64,000 nucleotides of DNA, taken from positions 1 to 64,000 of the IMG/VR virus record IMGVR_UViG_3300014205_000002; one strand, 5' to 3'. The position numbers and the translations under genes are program-made. This document shows positions 61,961 through 64,000 of the stretch, one piece after another (the stretch's first letter is position 1; each line of letters starts with the position of its first letter). The notes under the pieces were generated by a model, which did not search any database, was not told where the DNA came from, and saw only the letters and a program-made list of their open reading frames with translations. This DNA comes from a virus. Lineage: Duplodnaviria > Caudoviricetes.

Positions 61961-62919
61961 GTGAGTGGGAGGACATGGAGGAAGCCGAAGCGCTTGAGGT
62001 GATCCTCGTGCCGGCCCGCGAAGTCGTCTTCCATGAGAAGGGCCTGAGGCTCTCGGCCAGCGAGGAGCGCGAGCTAATCCGACGCGCCCAGGCCGGCGAC
62101 AAGAAGGCGATGCAGATGCTACTGGATGCACATGCGCCCTTCGTCACGATCGTGATGCGCCAGTTCACAGTACCCTCCTGGGTGCCGCAGGAAGACATCC
62201 GCCAGGAGGGCCTATACGGCCTCATGGATGGGATCAAGCGCTTCGACCTGGTCAAGCGGAAGACGCGACTGCTCTCCTATGCCGCCTGGCGCATCCACAA
62301 GGCGCTCGTGAGCTACTTCGGCGAGATGGCCTACCCGGTCAAGATGCCATTCCCCGACGTCGTAAAATTAAAGAAGGTCATGAATCGGCTTGAGATGGGG
62401 CACTCCGCCGAGCCTGAGCTGGACGAGACCTTCGTCAACCACCAGCGACACCTGAACATGCTCTCCTTGCTCGGCGGCTGCCTGCCGCTCGGCTCGGACG
62501 GCTGCGGCGAGTACGTCTTCGGCACACCCGGTGAATCCGACACCCACGCCCATCGCTCCAGCCGCGAGTTCTCGGTGCCAGACCATGCGGACGCCGTCGT
62601 CGGCACGATGGTGATGGGGGCGATCATCGACTGCCTGCGCAAGCTGCCGCTCTCCGAAGGGTTGCTGCTCGGCCAGTACTACGGCATCTACGTCGCGAGT
62701 CAGCCCGTACCGATCAAGTATATCGCCGGCGAGGCCCCCAAGGCCACGGCGGACGGACGCATCGGGGCCGGCTGGAACGGATATGGAGTCCAGATCGGGG
62801 AGTCCTATAATAGTTGCAGCAAGCTCATACGGCAGGTCGAAGCGAAGTTCCGCCTGATGCTGCTGGAACACCTGGGCCGTATCTACGCCGACTACACGGG
62901 GAGAAGCCATGACGCCTGA
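61957..62919 (+). CDS. sigma70-family RNA polymerase sigma factor
   Basis: LSASEERELIRRAQAGD (region 1.2), EDIRQEGLYGLMDGIKRFD...LSYAAWRI (region 2); divergent region 4. Confidence 0.85.
   Translation: MSEWEDMEEAEALEVILVPAREVVFHEKGLRLSASEERELIRRAQAGDKKAMQMLLDAHAPFVTIVMRQFTVPSWVPQEDIRQEGLYGLMDGIKRFDLVKRKTRLLSYAAWRIHKALVSYFGEMAYPVKMPFPDVVKLKKVMNRLEMGHSAEPELDETFVNHQRHLNMLSLLGGCLPLGSDGCGEYVFGTPGESDTHAHRSSREFSVPDHADAVVGTMVMGAIIDCLRKLPLSEGLLLGQYYGIYVASQPVPIKYIAGEAPKATADGRIGAGWNGYGVQIGESYNSCSKLIRQVEAKFRLMLLEHLGRIYADYTGRSHDA
62806..62812 (+). promoter_or_regulatory. TATAATA promoter inside the sigma gene
   Basis: CCTATAATAG about 96 nt before 62909. Confidence 0.55.
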
Positions 62920-63562
62920 GAAGAACGACCCCTTCGCGTTCCTGGAAAAAGCACTCGCGGATGCGGCGTGCGGCGACGGCCCCCAGCTGGAGGTGCGTGT
63001 CCACGCCCCCGACCCCATTTTGCCCGCGACCCCCAATGTGGTACCGGTTCTCGCCGGGGAGTTGGTCTTCGCGGGCGACATCGACGACTACGCGATGGAC
63101 TACCCAGAGAAGGCCAAGGCCCCATGCATGGGCCGCGTCGAGATCAAGGCGATCGTCGACGACCCCGGTGCGCCCGATCACGGCCAGGTCGTCTCGCACG
63201 TCTTCTCAAACACCATCACCTTCGATGCGCGCGGCATCATGGCGCGCGCCCTCGCGGGCCTGGCCGAGGCCAAGATCACGACCGTCGGCTGGGGCTCCGA
63301 CAACACGCCGCCCGATCGCTCGAACACCCAGCTTGGCAACGAGCTGATCACCTCCGGCGTGATCGAGCCCGCATCGTTCCCGACGCCGGACTCGGTTGTA
63401 TTCTCCAGCACGCTCGCGCCCAACGTCGGCACCGGGCAGACCTACACAGAGGTCGGGCTCAAGAGCGCCGGCGGCGATCTATTCGCGCGCTTCACCTTCC
63501 CGCCACAGGAGAAGTTTCCGCGCTTGCGCCTGAGCGTCAACTGGCAGATCATCTTCATCTAA
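62909..63562 (+). CDS. putative baseplate/tail-collar protein
   Basis: NTIT...GWGSD.TPP...TQL...TEVGL...LFAR pattern. Confidence 0.65.
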   Translation: MTPEKNDPFAFLEKALADAACGDGPQLEVRVHAPDPILPATPNVVPVLAGELVFAGDIDDYAMDYPEKAKAPCMGRVEIKAIVDDPGAPDHGQVVSHVFSNTITFDARGIMARALAGLAEAKITTVGWGSDNTPPDRSNTQLGNELITSGVIEPASFPTPDSVVFSSTLAPNVGTGQTYTEVGLKSAGGDLFARFTFPPQEKFPRLRLSVNWQIIFI

Positions 63563-63564
63563 AC

Positions 63565-63576
63565 GGTCCGACCAAT
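63565..63576 (+). promoter_or_regulatory. GGTCCGACCAAT operator-like motif
   Basis: Intergenic, just after the stop at 63562. Confidence 0.45.
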
Positions 63577-63596
63577 CTTCCAATGAGGGAACCCCC

Positions 63597-64000
63597 ATGA
63601 TCCTCGGTACCTTCGGCATTTTCAGCGGCGGCGAGCTGACCAAGAACGCGCTCTCGACCTCGATCGATATCGCGCCGACGACCCTGCGCACCGAGGACGG
63701 CCGCAACGTCGGCTTCGGCCAGGGCGGGAGGCGAATTCAGGTGCGTTTCAATCGCCCCACGTTTGAGTGGCTGTCGACGCGCCCGTCGGATCTCGATGCG
63801 CCGATCTATGCGCTGGAGCTCGACGGCCAGGCGGGCTTTGCCTACATCGCATTCGATGCCGAGAGCACCAACGACATCATCGTGATCCCAGCTCCCCAGA
63901 CGAACTATGTGGTCTTCGCCAAGGTGAGCTGGCCCGTCGACGCAGCCTCGCTTGACGATCTGACGCTGACCTACGTCGAGCGCCAGGAGAGTCGCCTGCT
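63597..64000 (+). CDS. hypothetical protein, 3'-truncated
   Basis: GAGGG RBS; frame is open to the window end. Confidence 0.6.
   Translation, partial: MILGTFGIFSGGELTKNALSTSIDIAPTTLRTEDGRNVGFGQGGRRIQVRFNRPTFEWLSTRPSDLDAPIYALELDGQAGFAYIAFDAESTNDIIVIPAPQTNYVVFAKVSWPVDAASLDDLTLTYVERQESRL

Noticed and set aside
1-64000. tRNA/rRNA genes, CRISPR arrays, diversity-generating retroelement, alternative genetic code
   Set aside because: None recognised by eye; no reverse transcriptase seen, and all three stop codons end genes normally. tRNAscan-SE and Infernal would be needed to exclude RNA genes formally

Overview
GC-rich (roughly two-thirds G+C by eye) fragment of a large contractile-tailed dsDNA phage genome. 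It encodes a cellular-type multisubunit RNA polymerase in an unusual layout: a beta + N-terminal beta' fusion with a LAGLIDADG intein directly after the catalytic DxDGD motif, and a separate C-terminal beta' gene 4.3 kb downstream. It also encodes two sigma70-family factors, a SNF2 helicase, terminase large subunit, putative prohead protease, major capsid protein, neck proteins, two tail-tube paralogues, tail sheath, a 14-kb fibre/appendage cluster, holin, amidase and several nucleases. Patterns the gene list does not explain: (1) an apparent capsid-loading and processing code, with a shared N-terminal M-[RS]-[PA]-[YF]-D-x-F tag reminiscent of the T4 capsid-targeting sequence plus dense K-x-A sites in head/core proteins, which also bound the enzyme modules of a ParB-GNAT-NDT polyprotein; (2) a ~500-nt highly base-paired region without a credible ORF at 2885-3395; (3) a recurring (CC)TATAATA promoter and a GGTC-N-GACC operator-like motif; (4) two tandem peptides ending TGG[IV]ISNNGAS. 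No tRNA, rRNA, CRISPR array, integrase, portal or RNAP alpha subunit was recognised. All protein calls come from motif recognition by eye, not database searches.
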